A stretch of DNA of 64,000 bases from Octopus vulgaris (Eukaryota): contig OX597815.1 in the NCBI GenBank assembly GCA_951406725.2, forward strand, positions 190,898,001 through 190,962,000, given 5' to 3'. Made by a program: the position numbers and the translations under genes. Shown here in pieces: positions 1 through 11,827 of the stretch. The notes under the pieces are model-generated. The model ran no database searches, had not been told where the DNA came from, and was given only the letters and a program-made list of their open reading frames with translations. Position 1 is the first letter of the stretch. Every line of letters starts with the position of its first letter.

Positions 1-306
1 TGCCAGCACCGCCCCGTTTCGTGTCTGTTGCCAGCCTCGCCTGGCCCTCGTGCCGGTGGCACATAAAAAGCACCATCCGTTCGTGGCCGTTTGCCAGCTC
101 TGTCTGGCACCAGTGCGGGTGGCACGTAAAAAGCACCCACTACACTCACGGAGTGGTTGGCGTTAGGAAGGGCATCCAGCCGTAGAAACACTGCCAGATT
201 TGACTGGGCCTGATGAAGCCTTCTGGCTTCACAGACCCCAGTAGAACCGTCCAACCCATGCTAGCATGGAAAACGGACGCTAAACGATGATGATGATGAT
301 GATGAT
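1..306 (+). mobile_element. Family C non-autonomous retroposon with (GAT)n tail and internal ~65-bp repeats (RTE-related, tentative)
   Basis: Core GGTGGCACGTAAAAAGCACCCACTACACTC…GGTTGGCGTTAGGAAGGGCATCCAGC…CCATGCTAGCATGGAAA…(GAT)n. It recurs at ~4884-5124(-), 6240-6430(-), 19410-19620(+), 27820-28020(+), 28990-29240(+), 36460-36690(+), 45587-46050(-), 56060-56373(+) and 58785-59153(+). Confidence 0.8.
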
Positions 307-606
307 GTGTGTGTGTGTATGTGTTTGTGTGTCTGTGTTTGTCCCCCTAGCATTGCTTGACAACCGATGGTGGTGTGTTTACGTCCCCGTCACTTAGCGG
401 TTCGGCAAAAGAGACCGATAGAATAAGTACTGGGCTTACAAAGAATAAGTCCCGGGGTTGATTTGCTCGACTAAAGGCGGTGCTCCAGCATGGCCACAGT
501 CAAATGACTGAAACAAGTAAAAGAGTAAAAGAGAGAGTTTATGTAATGAGTGTGAATCATCTGGTAATATTTATGGTTGAGATTTTGTTTTAACATTCTG
601 TATAAT

Positions 607-968
607 ATTCTTTTCTACTTTAGCCACAAGGCCTGAAATTTTTGGGGAGGGTGCCAGTCAATTAGATCGGCCCCTGTATGCAACTGTCGACCTCAGAGGA
701 ATTTGAACTCAGAATGTAAAGCCAGACAAAATACCTATTTTTTTACTACCCACAAGGGGCTAAACACGGAGAGAACAAGCAAGGACAGACAGATGGATTA
801 AGTCAATTATATTGACCCCAGTGCGTAACTGGTACTTAATTTATTGACCCCAAAAGGATGAAAGGCAAAGTCGACCTCGGTGGAATTTGAACTCAGAACG
901 TAACGGCAGACGAAATACCGCTAAGCATTTCACCGACGTGCTAACGTTTCTGCCAGCTTGCCGCCTTA
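607..968 (-). mobile_element. Family B tRNA-derived SINE, dimeric form
   Basis: Minus strand: head with B-box GAGTTCAAATTCC, central GCCTTTCATCCTTT.GGGGTC.ATAAATTAAGTACCAG motif (resembles the Meta-SINE domain, from memory) and tail 1 (…GCCCCTTGTGGGTAGTAAA), then a second truncated monomer with tail 2 (…GGCCTTGTGGCTAAAGTAGAAAAGAAT). The same dimer recurs at 48243-48640. Confidence 0.75.
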
Positions 969-1908
969 GGCTTCTTTCAGTTTCTGTCAACCACATCCAC
1001 TCACAATGCTTTGGTCAACTCGGGGCTATAGTAGAAACACTTGCTCAAGGTGCCACACAGTGAGACTGAACCTGGAACCACTTGGTTGGAAAGCAAACTT
1101 CTTACCACACAGGCACACTTGTACCTTTGTTCATTTTCTTGTTTGCTTTTGAAACAAATTCTTTGAAATCCGAGTCTTTTGAAATTTTATAGAACCAATC
1201 CTTTTAACAAACCACCCACCAACAGTAATCTCATTGATAAAACTGGTGCTTTATATATATATGTAGAATGAAATGTCTCTCGTCCAAATATACAACACAA
1301 TATATAAATTAGAATTCATATTGATGAGCTCAAACCTGAGACTCTCCTATTTTAACTCAAGCAGAGAAAACGTTTTATTGGAAAATGTGATGCTTGTCAA
1401 CAGAAGCTGCAGAATCCATAGAGAGATAGTAAATGAGACTTTGGAACTGGCCATTGAAATTCTGGGATGATGTAGTCAGTGGACTTTATTAGATTAACCA
1501 GGCCATATAATATATTACGAGACTGGAACATAGGAATAGATGCATACTGTAGATTCATCTAATTCATAGCAGCAGCAGTGAAATATGATATTTAATCATT
1601 GGTGGCAACAACAATAATAACAACAACAACAACAATGATGATGATCACGTAAGGGAAAATCATTTACAAAGACATCATTCTAAATCTTATACAATCCTCC
1701 TCAAATGTCCATTATAATTATTTCGTTTCTGTACATACAGAATAGCTGAGATCATATTCTATTTGATAATATATTTCTAAAACGAAAAAATTAATTGAAT
1801 ATCAGCAGTGTTCCTGAGAATTCGAAGTACGTTATCTGACATAAAGAAACATGGTAATCTTTCTTGGACACAGCAACTTAATCAGTCAATTCTAAAGATA
1901 AGATAGTA

Positions 1909-1941
<33 letters not shown>

Positions 1942-2094
1942 ACCTATCAGTCAGCCTAGTTCCACTCATTCTTATAATATCAATAGTCTCTTTATTGTAA
2001 ATTTATCTGATATTGAACTTCTTGTCAGCCGTTGAGCATCAAGTAATGCAATATATATCTCTTTCAGCAAATTTATTGAAGCACATATATATAT

Positions 2095-2117
2095 ATACGT
2101 ATGTGTACGTTTGTGCA

Positions 2118-2162
<45 letters not shown>

Positions 2163-2496
2163 ATGTGTGTATGTATGTATGTATGTGTGTGTATGTGTGT
2201 ATGTATGTATGTATGTATGTGTGGTGTATGCATGTGTGTATGTATGTGTGTATGTATGTATGTATGTATGTATGTATGTATGTATGTATGTATGTATGCA
2301 TGCATGCATGCATGCATGTATGTATGTATGTATGTATGTACATACGTACGTATGAATGTATGTATGTGTGTATGTATGTATGTGTGTATGTATGTATGTA
2401 TGTATGTATGTATGTATGTATGAATGTATGTACGTACGTACGTATGTATGTATGTATGTATGTATGTATGTATGTATGTATGTATGTATGTATGTA
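2095..2496. repeat. Compound (TG)n/(TATG)n microsatellite
   Basis: Read directly. It produces the HTYI/MYVC ORFs in the track. Similar tracts lie at 29440-29561 and 37210-37362. Confidence 0.97.
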
Positions 2497-2653
2497 CGGA
2501 GAACACATGTACGGAGAACACAAATGGGGTTTGAGATACACTAGAGTTGTTTGGGTAGAAGTTTATGGATGTATTTTATGGATTAGATCATAACATAAAA
2601 TCCATCAACTGTAGGAAAAATTTTAAACATGTATAAACAGGTAAGGTAAAATC

Positions 2654-3625
2654 TTTGTGATGACCTGTCTAACAAACAACATGACGAATGTGTGTGTGTG
2701 TACATAAATGTGTGTGTGTGTGTGTGTGTATACATAAATGTGTATGTGTGTGTGTGTGTAAAATATATAATATACACACACATCTGTATATGTTTCTGAC
2801 AATACCTATGTTTGTGATGACCTGTCTAACAAACATGATGTGTGTGTTTGTGTGTGTGTTTGTGTGTAAAATGTATAATATACACACATCTGTATATGTT
2901 TCTGATTATACATATGTTTGTGATGACCTGTCTAACAAACATGATGAATGTGTGTGTGTGTGTACATAAACATGGGTGTGTGTGTTTGTGTGTGTGTGTG
3001 TAAAATGTATAATATACACACACATCTCTCTTTCTCTTTTTCTCTTTTACTTGTTTCAGTCATTTGACTACGGCCATGCTGGAGCACCGCCTTTGGTCGA
3101 GCAAATCGACCCCTAGACTTATTCTTTCTAAGCCCAGTACTTATTCTATCGGTCTCTTTTGCCGAACCGCTAAGTGACGGGGACGTAAACACACCAGCAT
3201 CGGTTGTCAAGTAATGCTAGGGGGACAAACACAGACACACAAACATATACACACACATACATATATATATATACATATATACAACAGGCTTTTTTCAGTT
3301 TCCGTCTACCAAATCCACTCACAAGACATTGGTCGGCCCGGGGCTATAGCAGAAGACACTTGCCCAAGATGCCATGCAGTGGGACTGAACCCGGAACCAT
3401 GTGGTTGGTTAGCAAGCTACTTACCACACAGCCACTCCTGCGCCTATGTATGTGTTTCTGACTATACATATGTTTGTGATGACCTGTCTAGCAAACATGA
3501 TGAATGTGTGTGTGTGTGTATGTGTGTGTGTGTGTACATAAATATGGGTGTGTGTGTTTGTGTATGTATGTGTAAAATATATAATAGACACACATATCTG
3601 TATATGTTTCTGACTATACATATGT
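2654..3625. repeat. Minisatellite of ~110-155-bp units interrupted by a family A SINE
   Basis: Unit anchor TTTGTGATGACCTGTCTA(A/G)CAAACA at ~2654, 2811, 2917 and 3473, with variable (TG)n inside each unit. The SINE occupies 3026-3445. Confidence 0.85.
3026..3445 (-). mobile_element. Family A tRNA-derived SINE, full length (most abundant repeat in the window, roughly 25 or more copies and fragments)
   Basis: Minus strand: A-box TGGCTGTGTGG (3424-3434), B-box GGTTCAGTCCC (3381-3391), CORE-like CTTGGGCAAGTG, internal (TA)n(TG)n tract, and tail …CAGCATGGCCG.AGTCAAATGACTGAAACAAGTAAAAGAG. Confidence 0.88.
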
Positions 3626-4314
3626 TGTTTTTTGTTGTTGTTGCACTCCCCACGCCAGCTTAAAACACTATTAGATGTGTGTTTTGGTGTAAGAATTCAT
3701 AAAATCTTCGTGAGTTTAGTATTCTTCTCATGAATGTTTCCCTATCACATACCTCAAACAATGAAAGTTCAATTCACCATAAAACCTCAACCCATTCACA
3801 TATATATGTATATATGTGACGAGCTTCTTTCAGTTTCCATCTACCAAATCCACTCACAAGGCTTTGGTTGGCCCGAGCCCATAGTAGAAGACACTTGCCC
3901 AAGGTGTCACCCAGTGGGACTGAACCCGGAACCATGTGGTTGGTAAGCAAGCTACTTACCACACAGCCACTCCTGCCCTATTTACTTTTCTGTTTTTTTT
4001 TGTTTGCTTTTTTAGTTTTATTCTGTGCAATATGAATTCTCATTGCTGTTTCTCTTTACTCGACTAATCACTGCTTTCTGCCACCTTCCCTCCCGCCCCA
4101 TCCCTATGTCACCCTTTCCTGATGAGCTGTACTACACCCGAGCATTGTATACAATAAGCTCGTTATTAATTTTATATATCACAAGATAGGCATTTTTTTT
4201 TTAGCTTTCAAATTGAAGCTAAGATTTCATGCTTCTTGCTAAGAGAATTGCTATTGAATTTATAGAAACCTCCTGGTTATATAAACCTCATGGTTACATA
4301 AACTCTATTTTCTT

Positions 4315-4616
4315 TGCCCTTTTCAAGCCTAGCCAGGCTCATGGGCCCGGTTTCCCAGTTTCTATGGCGTATGTGTTCCCCAAACTGGACAGGACACCAG
4401 TCCATTGCAGCGTTATTCAAGAAACAGGAAGAGAGAGTGAGAGAAAGTTGTGGCGAAAGAGTACAACAGGGGTTGCCACCACCCCTTGCCAGAGCCTCAT
4501 GGAGCTTTTAGGTGTTTTTGCTCAATAAACACACACAACGTCCGGTCTGGGAATCGAAACCACGATCCTCCAACAGCGAGTCCGCTGCCCTAACCACTGG
4601 GCCATTGCACCTCCAC
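4315..4616 (-). mobile_element. Family D1 tRNA-derived SINE
   Basis: A-box TGGCCCAGTGG and B-box GTTTCGATTCC on the minus strand; V-domain-like GC.ATGGACTGG.GTCCTGTCCAG; tail GGGCCCATGAGCCTGGCTAGGCTTGAAAAGGGC. Confidence 0.8.
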
Positions 4617-4624
4617 AAAAATAC

Positions 4625-4872
4625 ATGTGCCCTTTTAAAGCCTAGCCAGGCTCACGGGCCCAGTTTTTTGGTTTCAATGGCGTATATGTGCCTCAGCTGG
4701 ATGGGATGCCAGTCCATCGCAGCATTACACATTTTTGTCAGCTGAGTGGACTGGAGCAACGTGAAATGAAGTGTTTTGCTCAAGAACACAACGTGTCACC
4801 CGGTCCAGGAATCGAAACCCAATCTTACGATCATGATGCTGACACCCTAACCACTAAGCCATGTGCCTCCAC
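4625..4872 (-). mobile_element. Family D2 tRNA-derived CORE-type SINE
   Basis: Head TGGCTTAGTGG…GTTTCGATTCC, CORE-like GTTGTGTTCTTGAGCAAAACACTTCATTTCACGTTGCTCCAGTCCACTCAGCTG, and the same tail as D1. Further copies at 30490-30740(-) and, degenerate, ~53873-54140(+). Confidence 0.8.
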
Positions 4873-4883
4873 ACATAAACAAT

Positions 4884-5124
4884 ATCATCATCATCATCAT
4901 CATCATCATTTAGCGTCCGTTTTCCATGCTAGCATGGGTTGGACGGTTCTACTGGGGTCTGTGAAGCCAGAAGGCTTCATCAGGCCCAGTCAAATCTGGC
5001 AGTGTTTCTACGGCTGGATGCCCTTCCTAACGCCAACCACTCCGTGAGTGTAGTGGGTACTTTTTACGTGCCACCCGTACTGGTGCCAGACAGAGCTGGC
5101 AAACGGCCACGAACGGATGGTGCT
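4884..5124 (-). mobile_element. Family C retroposon, near-identical inverted copy of 69-306
   Basis: Its reverse complement matches 69-306 with about 3 mismatches by eye. Confidence 0.88.
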
Positions 5125-5217
5125 ACATAAAATAAATAAAGCCAGATAATAAAGCAAAGAAAAAATATTTAATCGCATTGAAGGTATTAAAATATTCAAA
5201 TATCAAAATATTCTCAC

Positions 5218-5484
5218 CAGTATGTTGAAGCAGCAAAGATTTCAGCTTCTTGCACTTTTGTATGAGCATACTGAAAGATGAACCTTTGACACGCAAGCAG
5301 AAGTTTAAGGCTAAAACTTCAAGATGAATGGAGTTGGAAGCCAGCATTTCCACGTGGCTATCATCTACAAATCCGATGCCATACATGTTGATGATTCGTA
5401 AGTTGGGAGTATGAGCTTTTATTTTACTGATGTTGATGACTTCATAGTTCTCTTCTTCAGCCTCGCTTGACAATTCAAAAGTAC
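5218..5484 (-). CDS. Next coding exon of the same F-box/LRR gene (LRR region)
   Basis: Acceptor ttttccAG|GTACT at 5485/5484 and donor ACTG|GTGAGA at 5218/5217; 267 nt, phase 1-1. Translation (G)TFELSSEAEEENYEVINISKIKAHTPNLRIINMYGIGFVDDSHVEMLASNSIHLEVLALNFCLRVKGSSFSMLIQKCKKLKSLLLQHT(G) has cysteine-containing LRR periodicity. It continues the 62032 exon in frame (G+GT = Gly). Confidence 0.92.
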
Positions 5485-5572
5485 CTGGAAAATAAAGATA
5501 ACAAAAAAAAAAAAAATTGATTTTAGTTTAAATTGGTTGACGTAGTTTTAATATATTTAAATTAATCATTTG

Positions 5573-6000
5573 TTAACCCATTTGTTACCATATTTCTGTT
5601 GAGATGCTGTGTTTCTAAATATGACAAAGAATTTAGTAAAATAACTTAGTTATTTTTAAGCTAGTGTTAGGAACATAAATTGCGATTAAGATTTGGTGGA
5701 AGATTTTAATTCAAAATTTTTAAAAACAAAGCCAGAGACAGTTTCAGGCAGGTTGGTATCAAAAGGACTAAATTAATCATTTGTTTACCCTTTAGTTACC
5801 ATATTTCTGTGGAGATGCTCTGTGTTTCTTTCAATTAATTTTAAATATAGCAAAGAATTTAGTAAAATAACATTAAGCTGGTGTTAGGAACATAAATTGA
5901 GACTAAGGTTTAGTGGCAGATTTTGAAAACTCTTGAAAACAAGGCATTTGAACTACAGAGCCAGAGGCATTTTCTGGTAGATTGGTATCAAAACAGTTAA
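5573..6000 (+). mobile_element. Tandem pair of TTAA (piggyBac-type) MITEs, family F
   Basis: Units 5573-5771 and 5784-6000 with degenerate TTAA-CCC…GGG-TTAA-type ends. Each is preceded by the linker ATTAATCATTTG. Confidence 0.8.
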
Positions 6001-7259
6001 TGTAGAAATGTGGTGAATTGACAAAATTCTAAGAGCTTTGGAAAAAATACTTTGCAGTATTTCTTGTGGTTCATTACATTCTGAATTTAAATTCTATCAA
6101 GGGTGACTTTGCCTTTCATTCTTTTGAAGTCAATGAACTAATTACCAGTCAGGTACTTGACTTTACCTGTTCCCTTCAAAATTGCTGGCCTTGAGCCAAA
6201 ATTAGAAAATATATGTGTTTATTTAATGCCGAAGTGAACATCATCATCATCATCATTGTTTAATGTCCACTTTCTATGCTAGCATGGGTTGGACGATTTG
6301 ACTGCGGTCTGGCAAACCAGACTCCAATGTGATCTGGTAGAGTTTCTACAGCTGGATGCCCTTCCTAACGCCAACCACTCCGAGAGTGTAGTGGGTGCTT
6401 TTACGTGCCACCGGCATGAGGGCCAGTTAGGTGGTCATAAAACATGTTTATTATTATTAGTAATATATATATAAAATAAAGGTGTTAGCTTAGCAGAGTC
6501 ATTATAATATTGAATAAAATATCTTGTGGTATATAGTTTCAGGAATTTATGTTCTAAGTTAAAACCCTACCTTGGTTCAATTTGCTTTTCATCCTTCTAG
6601 CATCAATAAAATAAAAGAACCAATGCCCTAAAAAATTGCGCTTAATGCAATTATTAGAAATCAACATATTCAATGCATTAATCAAATTGGAAACCATCTT
6701 AGTCAATGGTAAATATTATTTTGATCATTTCAGCCACTAGGTAGGACAACTCTGAGTATGTTTCTACACTATAATGAATTCATCAGCAAAATACAGCCTT
6801 CAATATACTGACAAATAATGATGAAAAATCACTAAGTTTGTACACTAAATTGTACCACAGAAAAATAGAAACAGGTTAAAAACTTAGAATGAAACAAGTT
6901 CAAGTTGTTGTTATCAAAATTTCCATTATATAAACACTATGGCAATGAGGCCTTTTATGTTTGAATGGTGATGATGTGACACATATATTCACTTTTAAGA
7001 TTGCAGTCTATCATTCATATTAAACAAATTATTGAATTGGGAAATTTTATTTTTGCACCTCTACTTTTTTCTAGTACATACACTGGAAGTACCAGCCTAA
7101 CAAAATATGCATGTACACAATTTTAAAAAGAAAACAGTTGGTTTTAAATTTCCAAGGATGATTAAATGTGTACAAAGTTTTTCTTGAGCTGCTACAAAAT
7201 TATGAAGGACTCAACATTTTGTCCAACCCATGCAAGCATGGAAAGCAGACGTTAAATGG

Positions 7260-7306
<47 letters not shown>

Positions 7307-7419
7307 TATGAAATAATTAGAACTAGAACATTTTTTTTAAAAATGTAATTATGCTTTCTAATTTGTCCTCTATTCTATTAAATTACACTTTCTAATTGAA
7401 CTGATTAATCTTAATTATC

Positions 7420-7650
7420 CTCTGCATGGCAGAAACTTGGGCATTATACAAAGCTATGGTGAGAAAGACAGAAGCCTTTGAAATGTAGATCTCTCGTAGA
7501 TTGAGTAGAATAAGCTGGAAAGACAGGGGAACAAATGCTGCAACACTAGGAAGGCTGAAAGTTCAAGGACACCCATTGTTGAGAATTAAATCTACTGGGT
7601 CTGTCAGACAACCTCAAGGGAGACCTTGAAGAGAAAGGGCAAGATATTGA
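7420..7650 (+). mobile_element. Degenerate RTE-clade LINE reverse-transcriptase C-terminal fragment
   Basis: From 7426 it reads MAETWALYKAMVRKTEAFEM*ISRRLSRISWKDR, matching the RTE motif YGaETWtL…lEAFEMwcyRRmlrIsWkD. A GRP motif follows near 7620. Confidence 0.7.
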
Positions 7651-7921
7651 AGAGTATGTAAATAGCAACAAAAGAACTTTGACTAACAAACATCTAATTG
7701 ATATTTTTAACCAACACGTTAAACAAACAATCAATTAGTTAGTTGATTAGATATTTAACCAACTGAATAACAATAAAGAAGTGATAGTGAACCAGTGCAT
7801 GTGTTTATTATTATTGGTGTAACAACCCTCCCAAGACACAACAAGATTTGTTTCAACACATGAATTCACATCAAGAATTTTGCAAACCAAATGCAAAAAT
7901 GAATCCACTGGAAAATAGAAA

Positions 7922-8295
7922 TCTCTCTATATATAAAGCTGAAGTTGTCTGTGTATGGCAGGTTTGGTAGCCTTCAACTAACACTATCTCCTCCGAGACT
8001 CTGCAGTGCAAGTTGACCAAAATTGAGAGTATGATAGAAGAAGGCTTGCTCTTCCTTCCGTAGAAGAAAAAATTCAAATCAGACCATGTTAACACCAAAA
8101 ATTATTTACATCAAAAAGATGCTTTTTTTTCTATGAAAATCCCTATTTTTTATGATTTTTTGACTGGTGTGTCATCATTTTTCAGTGTATTTCAACCAAA
8201 AAAAAAAAGCTACATAATGCAAAATTTTTACTTTTCAAAAATTCCAATTCTAAAGGGTCGAAACAAACCCGAGCAACGCCGGGTAATATTTCTAG
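7922..8295 (+). mobile_element. Non-autonomous Helitron
   Basis: 5' TC (A|TCTCTCTATATATAAAG), subterminal hairpin CCCGAGCAACGCCGGG (8268-8283), 3' CTAG|T, no TSD. Confidence 0.82.
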
Positions 8296-8765
8296 TTTTT
8301 CAATAAAAATACAGTATCTCCAAACAGAAATTAATGAAAATGTATATTTAGGTTGTTTTTCTTGCTGTAACTGATGTAAAGTAATTTAATGTGAACTCTA
8401 AATAGAGTTGTTAGAGAACAAATGGAAACTAAACAAACCTTAACTAAAAGCCATATAATATTAAGAACATTTCTTACACAGAATAGATTTGTTCCCAATG
8501 CATTACTCCCTGTGAGACATCAAATATCGCATGCACGAATTATCGTATTTCCAATTTGTTAGATGAAAGATTAATCACAGCATGAGAAAACTATAGATTT
8601 TTGTACCAACAAATACATATACAAAAATAATGGCTTTTAGATCTGAAGAATGGTAATGCAAACAGCTCAAATCAAGAAGAGTTGAGTTTCAAGAAAAGAT
8701 TGAATTGTTTGTCTAAGGTATGTATCATTTATCTTCATCTTGCTCTCTGGAATTCACCACCACCA

Positions 8766-8815
<50 letters not shown>

Positions 8816-9090
8816 TCTCTCAACTCTTCTGATAAAAGTTTGCCCTGAGTGGAAACCAATACACATAAATACAAAGAAAAGAAACTGATACAAAATATAA
8901 ATGCTAAGACAGATACAATGTAATAGGTACTTAATAAAAGAAGGAAAAACTAAAATAACAAAAATATAGTAAAATGTTGATGAGCTTTTGCTTAACCTAA
9001 GGTCAGCCCTGACAGAACAGATATGATCAAAGGAGCTCTGACCATGACCATCTCACCAAATTTTTTGAAGTGTATCTAGAACTACATAAT

Positions 9091-9557
9091 TTAACCCTTT
9101 CATTAACTGTATTTATTTTGAGGTGCTCTGTGTTTCTTTCAATTAATTTTAAATATAACCAAGAATTTAGTAAAATAACTTAGTTACCATTAAGCTAGTG
9201 TTAGGAACATAAATTGTGACTAAGGTTTGGTAGAAGATTTTAATTCAGAACTTATGAAAACAAGACATTTGTACTACAGAGCCAGAGATGGTTTCAGGCA
9301 GGTTGGTATCAAAAGGGTTAAATTAATCATGTATTAACCCTTTTCGTACCATATTCCTGTCGAGATGTGTTTCTTTCAATTAATTTTAAATATAACAAAG
9401 AATTTAGTAAAATAACTTAGTTACCATTAAGCTAGTGCTAAGAACATAAATTGTGACTAATGCTTGATAGGAGATTTTAATTCAAAACTTATGAAAACAA
9501 AAAACTTTTACTTAGAGCCAGAGCTGATTTCAGCGGGGTTGGTATCAAAAGGGTTAA
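9091..9557 (+). mobile_element. Family F TTAA MITE heterodimer
   Basis: TTAA-CCCTTT…AAAAGGG-TTAA (9091-9321), linker ATTAATCATGTA, then a second unit 9334-9557. Confidence 0.88.
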
Positions 9558-10792
9558 TGTGTTTTTGTTTATTAGAATAGTAGAATGTGCTTTGAGAGCA
9601 GTTTGGCAACTCTTTCTCAAGAGGTTCTTCGTTATAAAATTAGAAAACAAAAGGAAGGATAAAACATCAACAAAAACAAATGTAAAAAATATATGTAAAT
9701 TGTTTTATTCTTATATTCTTTTTATTTGTTTCAGTCATTTGACTGCAGCCATGCTGGAGCACTACCTTTAGTCGAACAAATTTGTAAGCCTAGTACTTAT
9801 TTTATCAGTCTCTTTTGCCGAACCATTAAGTTACGGGGAGGTAAACACCAACATCGTTTGTCAAGTGATGGGTGGGGGTGGGGAAGAAATACAGACACGC
9901 AAACACACACACATATATGTACAAAGGGCTTCTTTCAGTTTCCATCTACCAAATCCACACACAAGGCTTTGGTCGGCCCATGGTTATATAGCAGAAGACA
10001 CTTGCCCAAGGTGCCATGCAGTGGAACTGAACCTAGAACCAAGTGGTTGGTAAGCAAGCTGTGCAAAGGGAAAATGAAAAGAAAGGAGTAAACTCAAAAA
10101 ATTAAAAACTTCTCGGTCAATAAAATAGGGAGCCTCATAATCTATCGAGGGTTTCTGCATGGTCCCCCAACTTACTAGAAATAGTAGCTAAATCTCCCTT
10201 AAATCATATCCTACAGTTTTTAATAGGAAAGTAGTTCCTGAAATATTAAAACTTTTGTGGCTAAATTTCTGTTGAAATTACATTACCTTTCTTATAATTC
10301 ATTTAGAAAATAATGAAGAATTCACTAAATTAACTTAGTCATTATCTTGGTGACTGGAACCTACTTTAAAATGAAATTTAGACAGAAGCTTTTAATCTAG
10401 ATCAATTTAACACATTAGCATTCGAACCAGCCATATCTAGCTCACATACTCTACCTGTTTTATGTCCAAACTGGCCAGATCCGGCCTCTCACACCTGCCC
10501 TACGATGTAATTCTGAATAAATAATTAAATCATTGAAATCTTGAAGCTATGAGAAAATGCAAGATTAATTCAAAATGATGTGAATATATAAGCTTTACTT
10601 TTGACAGAGTAATCTTAATGCTAAAGAGTTAAACAGGAATTTTGTATCATAGACCCAGGGTCAGTCTCAGGTAGGTTGTTATCAAAAGATTTAAAACACT
10701 GGTTCTCAAACAGGGTCTACATAATCCCTGAAGGTTCATACAAGATTTTTGTGGGTCCATGCAGTAAAATAGTAAACTGAGGATCCACAGTA

Positions 10793-11827
10793 CAATAATC
10801 TCTCGTTACTTCGTGGTTCAACTATCAAAGATTCACGACTTTGCGGATTTTTAAAATATATATAAATAATAATAATAATAATAATAATGAAATTATTGTA
10901 TACACCACAACTTGTCAAAAGTGCGTATAAAGCATATGCAGTAATGTACAAATGTCTGGAAAGTGAACAGTGTATAAGTCAGATACATACTTCCGTGTGT
11001 ATGGAGGGGAGAAAATCAGGTGTAGTGTTGGCGAATCTCAGGAAGCATGGAAGTTTTGAAGGATGCAGTGCTCCGACAACTAACAACTGATGCCAGCAGT
11101 TTGTTCCATGCTTCAGCAACTCTTAGCGTGAAAAAATTTTTCCAAAAGTCATGGGAGCTGGGCTGTTTTCTGACTTTGTAAACATGTCCATGGGTGTTAG
11201 ACAGGTGGAGTTTGAAAAGGTGCTCAGAGTTATTGTTTGTAAGATGGTTAATAATTTTATGGGTGTCTGCCAAGTTAGCTGCCAGACGTCAGAGTTTCAA
11301 TGTATCCATGCCCAGGGAAGTAAGGAATTCAGAATATGGCAAATATATATATAAACACCTAAAATTTTTCATTAAATCCATTAAAATATTAATAATAAAT
11401 ACTATTTCACAATGTTTTTGCAGCCTCACAAAAAAGAGCCAATTCCTGTGGCTACTACTACGGCTGCACCTTCGGAAAAAGTGGAAGAGAAGTCTCAGGA
11501 AAGGGCACTGCCGTCAGCTTCACCATCATCATTTCTACTGTGCAGCAAATTCATCAACATAATTATTCAAATTTTACTTCAACTTCTTTCGTGTTGAGTA
11601 CAGTAACAATCTTTATTGTTTTAAAATCTAAAGTGTTATTGCTTAACAGTTGTCCTTGTTATTAACAGACTACTGTAATGGGTGGGTTGTTAACAGTACA
11701 GGAAGGGTTTTAAAAGCCCGAATGCACGTTAAATAAATACTGTAAATATAGTGTCCCTACTTCGCGGAAATTCAGTTATCGCGGCCAGTCTTGGAACTAA
11801 TCTACCGCAATAAACAAGGGATCACTG
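10793..11827 (+). mobile_element. Tigger/pogo-like DNA transposon remnant
   Basis: TA-flanked imperfect TIRs CAATAATCTCTCGTTACTTCGTGG and CCGCAATAAACAAGGGATCACTG. Internal TMFLQP… low-complexity tail resembles Tigger C-termini. Confidence 0.6.
10866..11340 (-). mobile_element. CR1-clade LINE 3' fragment
   Basis: ORF 11016-11273(-), …THKIIN…LF…THGHVYKVRK…KNFFTLRVAEAWNKLLASVVS…TASFK, matches the CR1 ORF2 C-terminus (TRGH.xKL…FFS.RVV..WN.LP..VV…FK). Short-repeat (TTA)n tail at 10866-10887. Confidence 0.85.

Noticed and set aside
209-235. CTGATGAAGCC…GGCTTC in family C as a hammerhead
   Set aside because: There is no GAAA box, and the motif is not conserved in most other family C copies.
1972-2593. 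Long ORFs rich in HTYI/MYVC (also 29344-29681 and 36588-37482)
   Set aside because: They are translations of (TATG)n/(TG)n microsatellites, open in several frames on both strands.
3381-3445. SINE heads as tRNA genes
   Set aside because: A and B boxes are present, but there is no complete cloverleaf and the heads continue into SINE bodies.
3204-3663. Recurrent peptides such as RGYSRRHLPKV and EDTCPRCHAVGLNPEPCGW
   Set aside because: They are antisense translations of SINE A, not a gene family.
4118-4170. CTGATGAGCT…AGCTC as a hammerhead
   Set aside because: The stem is followed by GTTA rather than GAAA and has no closing stems. At best it is a heavily decayed remnant.
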